A DNA stretch of 63,161 nucleotides, counting the filler, from Diploschistes diacapsis (taxonomy: Eukaryota): the NCBI GenBank assembly GCA_023645945.1. It is 20 parts of 20 records of this genome, joined end to end, with 100 filler letters (N's around TTAATTAATTAA, not from the genome) between each part and the next. Parts side by side here need not be neighbours in the genome. Positions count along the whole stretch, not along the records: positions 1 to 1,210 come from JALAIB010003606.1; positions 1,311 to 2,520 come from JALAIB010003607.1; positions 2,621 to 3,829 come from JALAIB010003608.1; positions 3,930 to 5,138 come from JALAIB010003609.1; positions 5,239 to 25,013 come from JALAIB010000361.1; 15 more parts are not named here. One strand, written 5' to 3'. Below the pieces are notes generated by a model. The model saw nothing but the letters and a program-made list of their open reading frames with translations. It was not told the origin of the DNA and made no database searches. A program made the position numbers and the translations under genes. Shown here in pieces: positions 1 to 11,462 of this stretch. How positions within the stretch are numbered: the stretch's first letter is position 1; each line of letters begins with the position of its first letter.

Positions 1-522
1 GATCTATATGGCGTTATTTAAAAGATACAGCGTCTTTAAGAATACTATTTTAAAGATTAATAAGAACTTATACGAATTAAAGTAAGTAATAAAGGATTAA
101 TATAAGAAATACGATAATATAATTCTAAATTTAGGATTTAAAAGATGCGACGCCGATCTTTATATCTTTATTTTATAAGGTCGAAAGTTATTAATTAACT
201 TATACGTCGACGATATTATCGTGATAGTACTTAAATTACGAGACGTGAACTGGTTTAAGATAACCTTCGCTGAACGCTATAAGATCAAGGATCTAAAAGA
301 GATTAAAAAGATTTTAAAAATGAGAATTCAGCGACAACGTTAGAGAGTAGTTTAGTTAAATTTTGATTAAAAAGTTTACGTTAAGAAGATGCTCGATCGG
401 TTTAAGATAGCAACGGACACGTATAAAGGTTAAAAGGTCTTATTTAATGGATATAATGGTATTAAATAAAACGATTCGCCTGAATTAACGAACAAAATTG
501 AATATTAAGAAATAATTAATAA
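1..522 (+). mobile_element. RIP-degraded Ty1/Copia reverse transcriptase fragment
   Basis: Translates with stops to ...NKNLYELK...LGFKRCDADLYIF...LLINLYVDDIIVI...ERYKIKDLKEIKKILKMRI (Copia LYVDD). AT-rich and CpA-depleted. Confidence 0.88.
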
Positions 523-869
523 TGAGACAGATCAGCCCAGGCGTGCCAAGCCACCGGGGTCACGTGACGGCAGGGTCACATGACGGCAGAGTCACATGAC
601 GGGTACCAACCGTGCCACGGATGTTCGGGGGTGGTTATGTAGGCGGGTCGGACCCGACCCCCGTAGGGCTGGTACTTATATACTATTTATTCCTGTTATT
701 TTTTTATTTAGATAATTTCTTTTCTAGCTTTTCGAATCGAGACCTTTTATTTATAAATATTTAGTTATATATAATTTTATCGGATCTGGTTTAGTTCCCG
801 ATAATATAGTATTTTATTCCTACGCTAACGTTCTATATTCGAAAAGTTTATTTTATTTTCGTACTCGTG
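523..869 (+). mobile_element. LTR family A 5' LTR (523-835) plus start of internal region
   Basis: TGAGACAG...GTTCTA ends. Homologous to 32006-32323 and 58645-58959, and followed by the same TATTCGAAAAG internal start as 32324. Confidence 0.85.
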
Positions 870-1210
870 TGTTACGATCCAAGTACCAGACTTGGCACGT
901 CCCAGCTTTCTTGTATATAGACCAGCCAAGGTGACGCGGGTCACGTGACTGATAGATGCCTGGTGACAGATGTCTGTCGGGACAGATCTGCTCGGGCAGC
1001 TTTTTATCAGTAACAGCGCTGTCGCGACAGCTTTACTATCGGCAACTAACTATTACTTTAGATTATATATATAAACGTCGCCATGACTCCTATAAATCCT
1101 GATATATTCACTTTTATAAACATCCTTAATTATTACTCGGGATTAATCTATATTCGTTATCTCTATTATTAAAAAGCCTTTCTTTCTAAAGACAGTTTAA
1201 GATCTATAAT
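870..1210 (+). mobile_element. LTR family B (TGTTACGATCCAAGTACC...), partial, nested in family A element
   Basis: Same terminus at 25508(-), 25895, 26989 and a partial match near 36583. Confidence 0.8.
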
Positions 1211-1310
1211 NNNNNNNNNNNNNNNNNNNNNNNNNNNNNNNNNNNNNNNNNNNNTTAATTAATTAANNNNNNNNNNNNNNNNNNNNNNNNNNNNNNNNNN
1301 NNNNNNNNNN

Positions 1311-1451
1311 AGCGCTATCCCACTGAGCCAAAAGACTAACCACAATGCTTTCAGGAACCCCGAAGCACTGTTTCCCTATTACACTATATGTAGGTGCGTG
1401 GCTGTGGCAGCAGGGGGACCTGAACCCCAGGGCGCACCTTTGGGCGTTACA
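1311..1451 (-). mobile_element. LTR family C copy (partial)
   Basis: Reverse complement of the 172-bp LTRs at 37217 and 37638; TGTAAC terminus at 1451. Confidence 0.85.
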
Positions 1452-2009
1452 ATTATAGAAATAATGAATCTAGAAATTTAAACCACGTTTCCGATAATCG
1501 AAACGGAATATGAAACGTAAGGTACCCGTAAGCGAGCCGTATCTAGCGAGTACGTTGTTAACGCTACGAGATATCTTCGATTTAAATCTTTATTTAAATA
1601 TTAGAGATTATTTATAGCGGAATATCGAGAATGTTTTATAATAATTAATAACGCACGGGAAATAAATATATTATATTTATTTATAATTACGTTATAAGTC
1701 CGTTACGCTGCGTAGGCGCTCCGGAGAAATTCTTTAAAATTTTAGTTCGCTTATGAAGTTAAAATCGATATAAATACGATTACGTGAGGTTATTTTAAAG
1801 AATATTTATTTAATTTAATTAAAGATTTAATCAATCGAGAACTAGATGTAACACGCCGGTACGCGGACGCGAAATAAAAGGATAATTAATCCCTAGACAA
1901 GTTCGTGTATTATTTAACGGATATTAAAGAACAGTTCGAGCCCTATACGGAGACGTAACGGCGCCAACATCTTATCTCGAAATTACGGGAACTTCTTTAG
2001 AAATTTATA
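1452..2009 (+). mobile_element. RIP-degraded retrotransposon internal (gag-like) fragment
   Basis: Homologous to 30348-30480 (-). AT-rich and riddled with stops. The gag identity is inferred. Confidence 0.45.
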
Positions 2010-2011
2010 TA

Positions 2012-2520
2012 ACGTGTTTCACGGGGATTCCGGCCACCCCCAGATTCCGGCCACCTCAAATCACTACCGCCAACATTCTACGGTTTTTAGATATAATCTA
2101 TTCGTCGTAATTAGAATCTAATCGATTTAAATCGAATCTATTTTCTTTTTCTTTATCCTTTTCGATTTTAAAAACGCGATAACGTTTTTTACGCGTTATA
2201 GGTCGTTTCGAAATTATTCGATTCGATTTAACTCGAATTATTATCTTAAGAATTTCGTTTATATTAAATATAAAACGATCTTTTAATTCGATTCGTTTAT
2301 TTAATTTACGTTTTTTACGATTATTAAAAAGCGTTTTTTGTTTTCGATTTTCATTACGAAACGTTATAAACTCAATATACGTTAATTTAAGCATACGGGT
2401 TACTCGACTCAACTAACGTCGAATCGGGTTAATTAATTTTAAAACGGCTCGTAACGTTTGATTAAATTCTTTATTAATTTTTCGTAATTCGGTCGCATTT
2501 AATAAAGAATTATATAATAA
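2012..2520 (-). mobile_element. pogo/Fot1-Pot2-Tan1-type DNA transposon, right end with RIP'd transposase C-terminus
   Basis: TA then TIR ACGTGTTTCACGG with internal repeat (TTCCGGCCACC)x2. Homologous to 28082-28939 and 36880-37042. Confidence 0.85.
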
Positions 2521-3196
2521 NNNNNNNNNNNNNNNNNNNNNNNNNNNNNNNNNNNNNNNNNNNNTTAATTAATTAANNNNNNNNNNNNNNNNNNNNNNNN
2601 NNNNNNNNNNNNNNNNNNNNTTCATTATTTGTTAAATTAACGAAAAATCTTTGCTTTTTTCTTTTTTCTTTAATAACGATCGAAGTTTAATTAAATTATT
2701 AAGTATTGAATTCGTCGATTTCTTTTATTAATTTTTGACATTTAATAGTATCGTTATTTACGTTATTAAACTTAGTCGAATCTCTCGTAATTTTTCGAAA
2801 TCCAGCTAAATCGTTATTTACGTTATTAAATTTAGTCGAAGATTTTATTAACTATCGAAGTTTAATTAAACCTTAATGCTGAATCTTTTCGACTCTTATC
2901 CGCTATCGAGAATGAATTACATCTATTACTGAACCTACTCGATGTCTTCGTTATCTTCGAAATCTAGCAGAATCTCTACCTTCGCTGCTGGACCTTTCGA
3001 TTTTTTCGTCAATTTTCGATATTTAGTCAAACCGTTACTTACGCTACTAGATCTAATCGAAACCTTCGATAATTATCGAGAATTTAGCTGCATTTACTGC
3101 TGAACCTGCTCGATATTCTTCGACAACTATCGAAAGTTCGGCTGAATTAATGCTGAATTTATTCGATCAAAAAAGGGAATAAGATGGAGAATAACT

Positions 3197-3540
3197 TGTT
3201 TAACAAGCGGGTTACTTCGTACGAAGCCACTAATTTACTAGAACTGGCCTAGGTTAAAAGATTTAGTTGGACTAGATATGCTAGACGCTTCCGCCTGTGG
3301 GGGAATATTAAGCGGACAGGCAGAAGGTATGGTAGGCTCGATCCAACTCCGGAGGGTTCAGTTTAGGTAACCAGGAAGTTTAATTCAGCTGAACTTCCCT
3401 CCCGAATCTGCTGGAATTCGGACTAGACCGGTTAGGTCAGTAGTCCTTAACGCACACCGTGGAGGATAAAAGTCTGCACAGTAGGATACTTCCTAGGATA
3501 AGACCTGTAGACTTCAATATATCCATTACGTTGCCAAACA
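3197..3540 (+). mobile_element. LTR family D (TGTTT...AAACA, probably Copia-type)
   Basis: The 3' end GATAAGACCT(G/C)TAGACTTCAATATATCCATTACGTTGCCAAACA recurs at about 4686-4729, 31792-31836 and 59971-60003(-). Confidence 0.6.
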
Positions 3541-3626
3541 TAAATAACTAAAATTTATTCTCGATTATTAAATTATTTCGTACGAGATCTATTTTTGCGA
3601 TCTAAAATAGTTACGATTTTTATATA

Positions 3627-3829
3627 ACGTGTTTGACGGTCAGCTCGGCCACCCCCAAAGCTCGGCCACCTCACATTGCGATATTCATCATTCTTTCGGT
3701 TTTTCTCGATAATGGCCGCTTCGTATCGAAATAACTTGATATTATTAAAATCGGATATTAACGACTGTCTATAGATTCTAAATTTTTAATAATATACTAA
3801 CATTCGAGCGATCGCCCGCGTATTTTAAG
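3627..3829 (+). mobile_element. pogo/Fot1-type transposon left end with transposase N-terminus
   Basis: TA+ACGTGTTTGACGG TIR with (GCTCGGCCACC)x2, then ATG MAASYRNN...NIRAIARVF (degenerate psq-type HTH). Confidence 0.85.
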
Positions 3830-3929
3830 NNNNNNNNNNNNNNNNNNNNNNNNNNNNNNNNNNNNNNNNNNNNTTAATTAATTAANNNNNNNNNNNNNNN
3901 NNNNNNNNNNNNNNNNNNNNNNNNNNNNN

Positions 3930-4028
3930 ATCTTTGCCGGTTTCGCAGGTTTCGCCAGTTTCGCCAGGTTTCGCCCGTTTCGTCTGTTTCGCTAGAAAAA
4001 AAATTTTGCCCGAAAATCTTTTCGTGAT
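3930..4028 (-). mobile_element. End of unclassified TIR element (CATCACGAAA terminus, GCGAAAC subterminal repeats)
   Basis: Same terminus and repeats at about 31775(-), 36486 and 59843. Confidence 0.6.
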
Positions 4029-4030
4029 GT

Positions 4031-4340
4031 AATAATACGTTAAAAATCTATTATCGTATAATTAAGAATAAAAACACGTTATAATAATTAACCGTTCTAA
4101 GAATAGAACTTTAAAAAAAGAAAGTAATTATAATACGTAAAACCCAATAAGGGCTATTAAAGAATATATTAAATATATACCAAAACCCGCTAACGTGTTC
4201 TTATATAAAAACAGAGTTTTCGTAAATAAAGATAGTTTTTCAAAAATTATTTCATTAATACATCTATCGTTTAGCAGAGATCTAGCCACCGAATAGCCAC
4301 TTATCTGCCTTATTGTCACACTGTAGTATTAGCCTTTACA
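4031..4340 (-). mobile_element. LTR family E (TGTAAAGGCTAATACTACAGTG...)
   Basis: Reverse-complement homolog of 34950-35259. Confidence 0.65.
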
Positions 4341-4759
4341 AAAATATTATCGAAGATTATCGCATATTCGGCTTACTAATGCATGGAATAATTTAAAGGG
4401 ATAAAGAACCTTCCAGATTAAATGATTACTAATTACACTAGCGTGAAATGTGCCTATAAAAGGCCTCTCAATCTCCAACTTTCATAATTATCACCTTCAT
4501 CATCTTTAATACAATCACTGAACAATAAGCAGTTACCAGGTTAGGCAGGCTAGGGATTATTTCTTAGTTAGGACTAGCTGCAGAATATATCTTAGTCATT
4601 TTTTATTAGGAACTTCCACCACTTGCAACATAAGGCTTAACGGATTCCGTGGGGATAAAAGTCTATAAAATAAGATAGTCTTCTAGATAAGACCTCTAGA
4701 CTTCAATATATCCATTACGTTGTTAAACACATCTCATATGGTGGTCGGTTATTCTATTA

Positions 4760-5138
4760 ACGTGTTTCACGGTCAGCTCGGCCACCCCCAAAGCTCGGCC
4801 ATCTCACATTGCGATATTCATCATTCTTTTAGATTTTCTCGATAATAGCCGCTTCGCATCGAAATAACTCGATATTATTAAAATCGGATATTAACGATTA
4901 TTTATAAATTCTAAATTTTTAATAATATATTAATATTCGAGCGACCGTTCGCGTATTTAAAGTTTCTCGATCGACTATTATAAATCGATTTAATAAAAGA
5001 TAATTTAATTTTAATAATCACGAATCGGCTTAAATCTTTTTTAATTTAAAAAAAAATTTTAATATAATAAATTATACGTTTTATATAAATCGGCTTTCTT
5101 ATAACGTTTACGTTAATAATAAATATAATCTCAAGAAT
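4760..5138 (+). mobile_element. pogo/Fot1-type transposon left end, RIP'd
   Basis: TA+ACGTGTTTCACGGTCAGCTCGGCCACC TIR; homologous to 3627 and 36460(-). Confidence 0.85.
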
Positions 5139-5292
5139 NNNNNNNNNNNNNNNNNNNNNNNNNNNNNNNNNNNNNNNNNNNNTTAATTAATTAANNNNNN
5201 NNNNNNNNNNNNNNNNNNNNNNNNNNNNNNNNNNNNNNAGAGGGGACGCGGGGGAGGGCCAGAAAGGGGAAAGGGAAAGAGAGTGGGTTTAC

Positions 5293-5927
5293 TTGAAGTC
5301 CCAGATCGTGACTATGAGGTCGCGCGTGGCGGCGTGCAGGTGGGTGCGGATGTGCGAGACGAGGGAGTAGGCTAGGAGGTCGGAGGGGGCGCTCTCAAAG
5401 CCTGATTGGGGGATTATCTGGACGGGAGAGGGGTTGGAAGGTTAGTGGGCGTCTTTCTTAGCTTCGAGAAAAGCACACAGAGAGAATGAGAGGGTAAGTT
5501 GCTGCAAGCTCACAATAGCACCGCTCCTCTTCGCCGTCGCCTCGTACTTGTCAATCATCGCCTTCACCCAGGGTACCTCGCCCGTGCAGTCGATGTAGTG
5601 CGTGCCGTTCTCCGCGCAGGCTCTTACCACGGGCTCGCTGTAAAGGTGGTAAGGGCCGACGACATTGATAAGGACTGTTGTTCGCTTGGCTAGGTCTTCG
5701 AGGTCGGTGGGATCGAGGGTGCATATTTCTACCCGAGCCGGCTGGCGGTTGGGGTTCAGAGGCTTCATGTCCGAGATGATGCGCTCGAGCTTGGTGGCGG
5801 AGCGGCCTGCTACGGCCCATTTCAGGTCTGTTGGGAGCTGCTTCACGATGTGCTCGGCCGTGTATCTGCCCGTGTAGCCGGTCGCGCCGAGGAGGACGAT
5901 GTCGTATTCTCGGCCTTTTGAAATCAT
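5293..5927 (-). CDS. Saccharopine dehydrogenase-like oxidoreductase, 3'-truncated by contig end (exons 5927-5514, 5417-5293)
   Basis: Rossmann YDIVLLGATGYTG, WAVAGRS, INVVGPY and HYIDCTGE motifs. GT-AG intron joins in frame to IIPQSGFESAPSDLL. Confidence 0.9.
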
Positions 5928-6541
5928 TATTGAGATGTTCTTCCTGTAATATTATTGAGAATCTTTGTTTGGATGCGGAGAACGTCGACGCGCGTGACTC
6001 TAGGGTGATATTCGTGAAGATGCTCCTTCAATTGATATACAAATTTTAATGCTTTTCATCGCAAGAACAATCACCGTCTTAGACAAGCAGAGTCTATGAC
6101 TTTTAAAGGTTCAGAAATGATACTTACTGAAGGTACTTCTACTTCTTGTATAGCCAGACCTTCGAGCCTCGGCAGACAAGCATTTGACAATCTCAAGTGT
6201 GATGCCGGATGTCACCTTGAAACAAATGTATCAAGATAGCGTGGCATCCGTTGATACGAGTAACACGGGTCCGCCATGTCTGGAATCTGCTTTGAGCCTG
6301 TTCTCAACGTGGGTACATCTCGTTAACGGATGCTCCCACGTTCCCTCGGCATTGGTGTCCTCGAAAGCGATAACACGCTATGATACTGAAAAGCAAGGCG
6401 GATAAGAGCGTTGAGCAGAGTCTAACTTGGGTATCATTATCCTATTTATTTCACGTCTAGTTGTGCCTTCTATAGTATAGCCGTATCATACATCTCACCT
6501 AATGCCTATACAATGCTGTCCAGTACGAGTCCATGCTATGC

Positions 6542-8381
6542 CTATGCTCGCTGTGATTGCCTCAAAAGGAAATAATACGAAGTCGCCGCCGTACCAGCTG
6601 CCGACAGCAGCATCAACTGCAAGCGCCACGCCGGCGCAAACGCCGTGGAAAAGTACCTCGCGATTGCCGCAGCCGCGAGCGCTACCCAGCACACCACAGC
6701 CGTGATGGCCCGGAGATGATCCCAGCCCCCGCCTTTGGCCTTTTGCGCTTCTTTCTTGTTGCGCATCGATGTGCCCCAGCCACCTTCTAGAGCAGTAGCC
6801 GTGGAATAAACGATGATCCCGGGCAGCGGCAACTGGTAAAAGATTTGCGAGATGGCGAGGAAGAGCCAGCTGCAGACGTGGCGGCGGTTGCAGAGGTAGT
6901 TGTATGTCGTGCATAGCGCGATACGGAGGAAGAGGTCTACCAGCGAGTACGCGCGGTTGGAATCGCCGTGGAAAACGTAACGGAACGTTACGACCATGAT
7001 GCTGATGGGGCCGTAGAAGCGGTTCATGGCGGTGATGAAGAAGATGGGGCCGTGGATGGCGTAGACTAGGGGATACTGGAAAGTTTCGATCTGGTTGGCG
7101 CGGGCCCAGCGGATTTGCTGGAGGAGCCAGCGGAGGAGGGTGGTGGGCGTGTCTGTGAAGGCGATGGCCTCGGTGTTGAAGGTCACCTTCCAGCCGTCGA
7201 GGAGAAGATTGGTCGTGAGGTGGCGATCTTCATTGACTATCGTTTTGATGCCCAAGGAGGTTTGGACGTACCAATCGAAAAGGTTAGGCTGCAGCGCCGA
7301 CAGCCGAAACGCAGCGCATGGGCCAGGCTGGCAATCGACGGCATCGATTGCTCCTGTCTGACCCCGAGTAATGGCCAACTCGCTCCAGTATGCAGCAGAG
7401 CCTAGCGAAGCGATGAAACTGTCGTTCTCGTTATGAATCGAAAGTGACGAGCATGAGCCACCAATCTTTGGGTCTGAAACCATGCACCCTATAGTCAATG
7501 GTAGTGTCTCTGGAGTTACCCACGTATCACTATCACTAGTCCATAGGTAAGAGATGTCGTGGGTTTGGCCCAAGACCCAGGAGAAGACGAAGTTCGTGAA
7601 CATAATGCCTTTCTTGCTGATGTGCGGTTGGTAGACGCAAATTGCGCGGAACGAGCTATCGTAGGGGTCCAGCGCGTTGTGCTCTTTGAGAATTTCGACA
7701 GCCCTTGCATAGACCATGTGCATCGCATACTCCTTGGCCTCGTTCCTGAGCTCGCGAGGAATATCATGAAATGTCCAGCCGGCCGGTAGGTAAGCCAAGT
7801 CTGTTTTGCCCAGTTTGGATAGAATGTAATCTTTGGCCAAGCGTACAGCCGTGACCCCAAGAGGCTCCTGCAGCCCTATGAAGAGAATATCCTGTGGGAA
7901 GACCTATATATCTATAAGTCCTTGTTCATCTTAACATTGTAGGCCGAAGTACCTTGCGAACAATGTTCGCCATCTCCATGTCCTGAGCTTTGTTCCCATC
8001 AATGCCCACAAGCAGTAGTTCCAGACCAGGGCAATCACGGTAACTTTCCAAGCACTTGGTAAAGAGACCTGGCTCTTCACGGTAGCCGACTACAGAGGCC
8101 ATGCACCTGGCGTACGAGGTCTTCGCGAGTGCTCCCTTCTCTACATCTGATGGCGCGAGTTCCTCCTGTAGCCGCCTGACTCGGCGCCTGCTCCTCCTGC
8201 GGTTGATTTCGGCAAGACTGATTTGCCAGGTGGTCTCCATCGTGATGGGAAAGATAAAGACATGTTTACGAATGTATCCAAAAACAAACAAAGCTAGGAG
8301 CAAGCAAAGAACGACGTTGACGGCCTGTTGCCTCCAGGAGCGTTTCAGCATGCCTGGCTTGATATCAACTGTGGAGAACAT
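6542..8381 (-). CDS. Processive GT2 glycosyltransferase, hyaluronan-synthase/NodC-like (exons 8381-7953, 7903-6542)
   Basis: VVGYREEP..FTKCLES, GIDGN, SDSDT, PGPCAAFR, EDRHLT and QQIRW (D,D,D,QxxRW) motifs. One N-terminal and several C-terminal TM helices. 49-nt GT-AG intron keeps frame. Start codon uncertain. Confidence 0.9.
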
Positions 8382-9033
8382 TACACTTGATGCAATGTAC
8401 AACTAAAGAAAGCTCTAAACGAGTGACAATAGGGCTTCCACCACAGATGAAGAAAGAGCGAGCAGACTGTTTCAATACTGCTCAACACACAGCACAGCCG
8501 CGCTGCTGAGATGCAAAAGAGGATATAGCGGCAGGGCCAGCTCTTGAGGCGGCATGTTAACTTAAGGAATCGCAGAAAATCACTAGAGAAGTTAGAAGAC
8601 CTTCAAACCCAGCCTTGCTAATAACTATGATGGGTTTCGCCCTCTCCAGACGACCCAAATCTAATAGTGAAGTAGCTGAAACAGAGCCAGGAACACCTGT
8701 TCGTGAGATAGATGAGAAAGAGCGTAGGTTTCCGGCCAGCCCCCAAAAACAACTTGCACGGTGTGGTAATTTACGGTAAGAAATAGGCGCTAGCGGAAAG
8801 ATTGCACGAAGGATTCAGCCTTATGTCTAACTTCGACTTCTATCCCGTGTTTGTAAGGCCGTGTTCATGCATGCATGCAACTTCGCGCTGCTGCGGAAAT
8901 GAGCACAGGTTCGCTGGTGTTCCCACGTGTATGCGTGTGTGAAGCAGAAGACCATGGGTGAAAGAACCTCATACCCCTTATTCGTCCTTGCTTTGTTGAA
9001 AATCTCTCCTAGCTTTCCTTATGGTGCACGTCC

Positions 9034-10618
9034 ATGTCTCCGTTCCGCCTGCCTAAGGTCTTCATAGCGGCCAGTCTCCTCGCCTTTGTATTGCTCAGCT
9101 TCTTGATATCAATACTACGTCGCACTGATGAAGAGTTCCGGGGCAATAAATATAATGCCTTTGTGGATGCGGGAGAGCAAACCGAAGAACGACCAACCTC
9201 CACCACCCTTGTTCGAGGAGCCTCTACCACGTTGATTCATATCGTCACTCCTTTACCACCTGCAACGCTTGCCGCGTCTGGCAGTGACGAGCATACCGCA
9301 AGTGCGATCGAGGAAAGCTCTACTACATCAGGCATCGCGTCGCCATCAGACGTAGCTCTTCTATTAAAGACTGGCTCGAGCAACGTTTGGCGTCGGCTGC
9401 CACTTCACTTGCTTACCACGTTCGCGAATGCTCGAATTCCCAATTATGCCATCTATTCCGATGTAGAGGAACGGCTGGCTCCTGGCATTAGAACTATCGA
9501 TACCATAGCTAACGTCTCTCAACTGCTTCGAAAGCATGATGCCAACGCCTACGGGATCTACCAAAGTCAGCAGGATGCTATACGGCCTGATATCTACCGG
9601 GAGCAATCCGGTCTCACGGGGGACACTCTGCCACCTGAAAGCGAAGACGGAAATCCTAAAGGATGGGTTCTGGATAGATACAAGTTCTTGCCAATGCTCG
9701 CTCATGCTTATGGAACTTGGCCTCTTGCCAAATGGTATGTCTACATGGAAGACGATACCTACCTATTCTGGCACAACATCCTCCAGTGGCTAACTCTGGA
9801 ATCTTCAAGTGAGGCTGTTTATTATGGTGCCAGCTCCGGGGCCAACAATGCTACATTTGCGCAAGGCGGATCTGGAATCATCTTTTCAAATGCTCTGATG
9901 ACAAAGCTGTTCGCGTCGGACCGCGTTGCTGATTTGAATGCCTATGGAGATTTTACCGCAAAATCGTGCTGTGGCGACATCATCTTGGGGAGTGTTTTGC
10001 GTGACTATGACGTCAAAGTCAATCGCGGAGAGTTTGGAAGCCTGTCCTTCCGCCCAGAGCCTCCTTGGCGGACAAGGTTTGACGTGTCGGTTTGGTGTGA
10101 GCCAATCTTTACGTTTCATCATCTGCATCAGCAAGACGTGGCGGGGCTATCGGAACTCGAGGAGGAGCTCCTCGCCGATAACGTGCGTTTCTCCTATACC
10201 TGACTCAAGGTTACATGTGCTGACTCGTCGACAGCGTCGAAGAGTGCTTTTCCGCGATGTCTACATGAAGATGATAGACCCCTATCTTCGGTCGGATGAG
10301 GTTTCTGATTGGGATAACTACGCGGATCTATACGTTCTGAAAGCGAACGAACCAATACCGATAGCATTACAGGACAGCGCTCTGGACCTTCAAAGCGCAG
10401 TCGTCACAAGCAGCGGCTGCCGCAACGCATGTCTTGGTATCACTTCCTGTTTCTCGTGGCGCTTCAGCGATCACACATGCTCGCTGGACACTGGCATCAA
10501 GCTAGGCAGAGCCATATCAGCCTCTACGAGCGACAGGCCGGCCGTAGTAAGTGGGTGGATCCTGCCAAGACTCAATGAGACACTTCTCTCTCATGAATGT
10601 TGGGGCTTCCGCGACTGA
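9034..10618 (+). CDS. GT31 (Fringe/C1GalT-like) glycosyltransferase with C-terminal PAN/apple-like Cys motif (intron 10183-10234)
   Basis: Type II TM anchor; LLLKTG, LDRYKFLPM, WYVYMEDDTY, FAQGGSG, CCGD, WCEPIFTFHH motifs; CRNAC...CFSWRF...C. Confidence 0.88.
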
Positions 10619-11462
10619 GGCCTTCTTCGATGCGCAAATCAGATACGAGCTCGACATTGAGCGACCCAGCCGGTCACCTCCCATTTGAGAGAAAATGGCA
10701 GGCACAGCCTCCACAAGCTAGATGAACAAGCATTCGAGGCCAAGGCCAAGCGGACGATGCGAACCCAAGTGCGCACAGCTTCGGCAACTGCTCAGTACAC
10801 TTTAAGTCGCAAGGTCATGACAGTCACGACACCACGACGCAATGTTCTGGCGAACGACATCAATTATAATTTTGGACACGGAATACAGCCTATATCAACC
10901 GAAGAAAGTCCACACAGTATGGCACATTTGGTGCAGAACGAATCACTATTCGTATCCTCTTCATTCCAGGCGCAAGGCTGTAAAGATTTGGGGGCGAGTA
11001 TGAGATTTATCCACATTCTACCATCTACATCTCGCCTATCTTCGCTGCAATCAGAGGGACCGTGGCACCAGTGGGTGATAGAATTCCGTTACACCTCCTC
11101 AGCATCTTTCTAATGGTATGACAGCCCAATTGTTACTTCTCAACTGCTTCAAGACTTTTGGTGATCCATTACTGGTGGAGACACTTGAAGCCGAGCTGAT
11201 AAACAAACTGGCTGAACTTACCAACGACATGATCTATTCTAGGTATGTCTGCGGACTTGGCGGACTACCTAGTTGCGTTTCCGCGGGCGAGGAACACGAA
11301 TAATGTGAAATGGCGGTGATCATCTCAACCCAGTTGAAAATTACAAGACAATACGCTCACTTTCTGACTAAGCCTCTAGGGCTGACTAAGCTCACTTTCT
11401 TCGGTATATCTACCTCCCTGGGTCTCGGATTTTTACGAAGTTGCGCGAAACTGGAATTAAAA

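Noticed and set aside
1255..1266. Recurrent palindromic TTAATTAATTAA motif at near-regular spacing
   Set aside because: Artificial all-frame-stop linker embedded in N runs.
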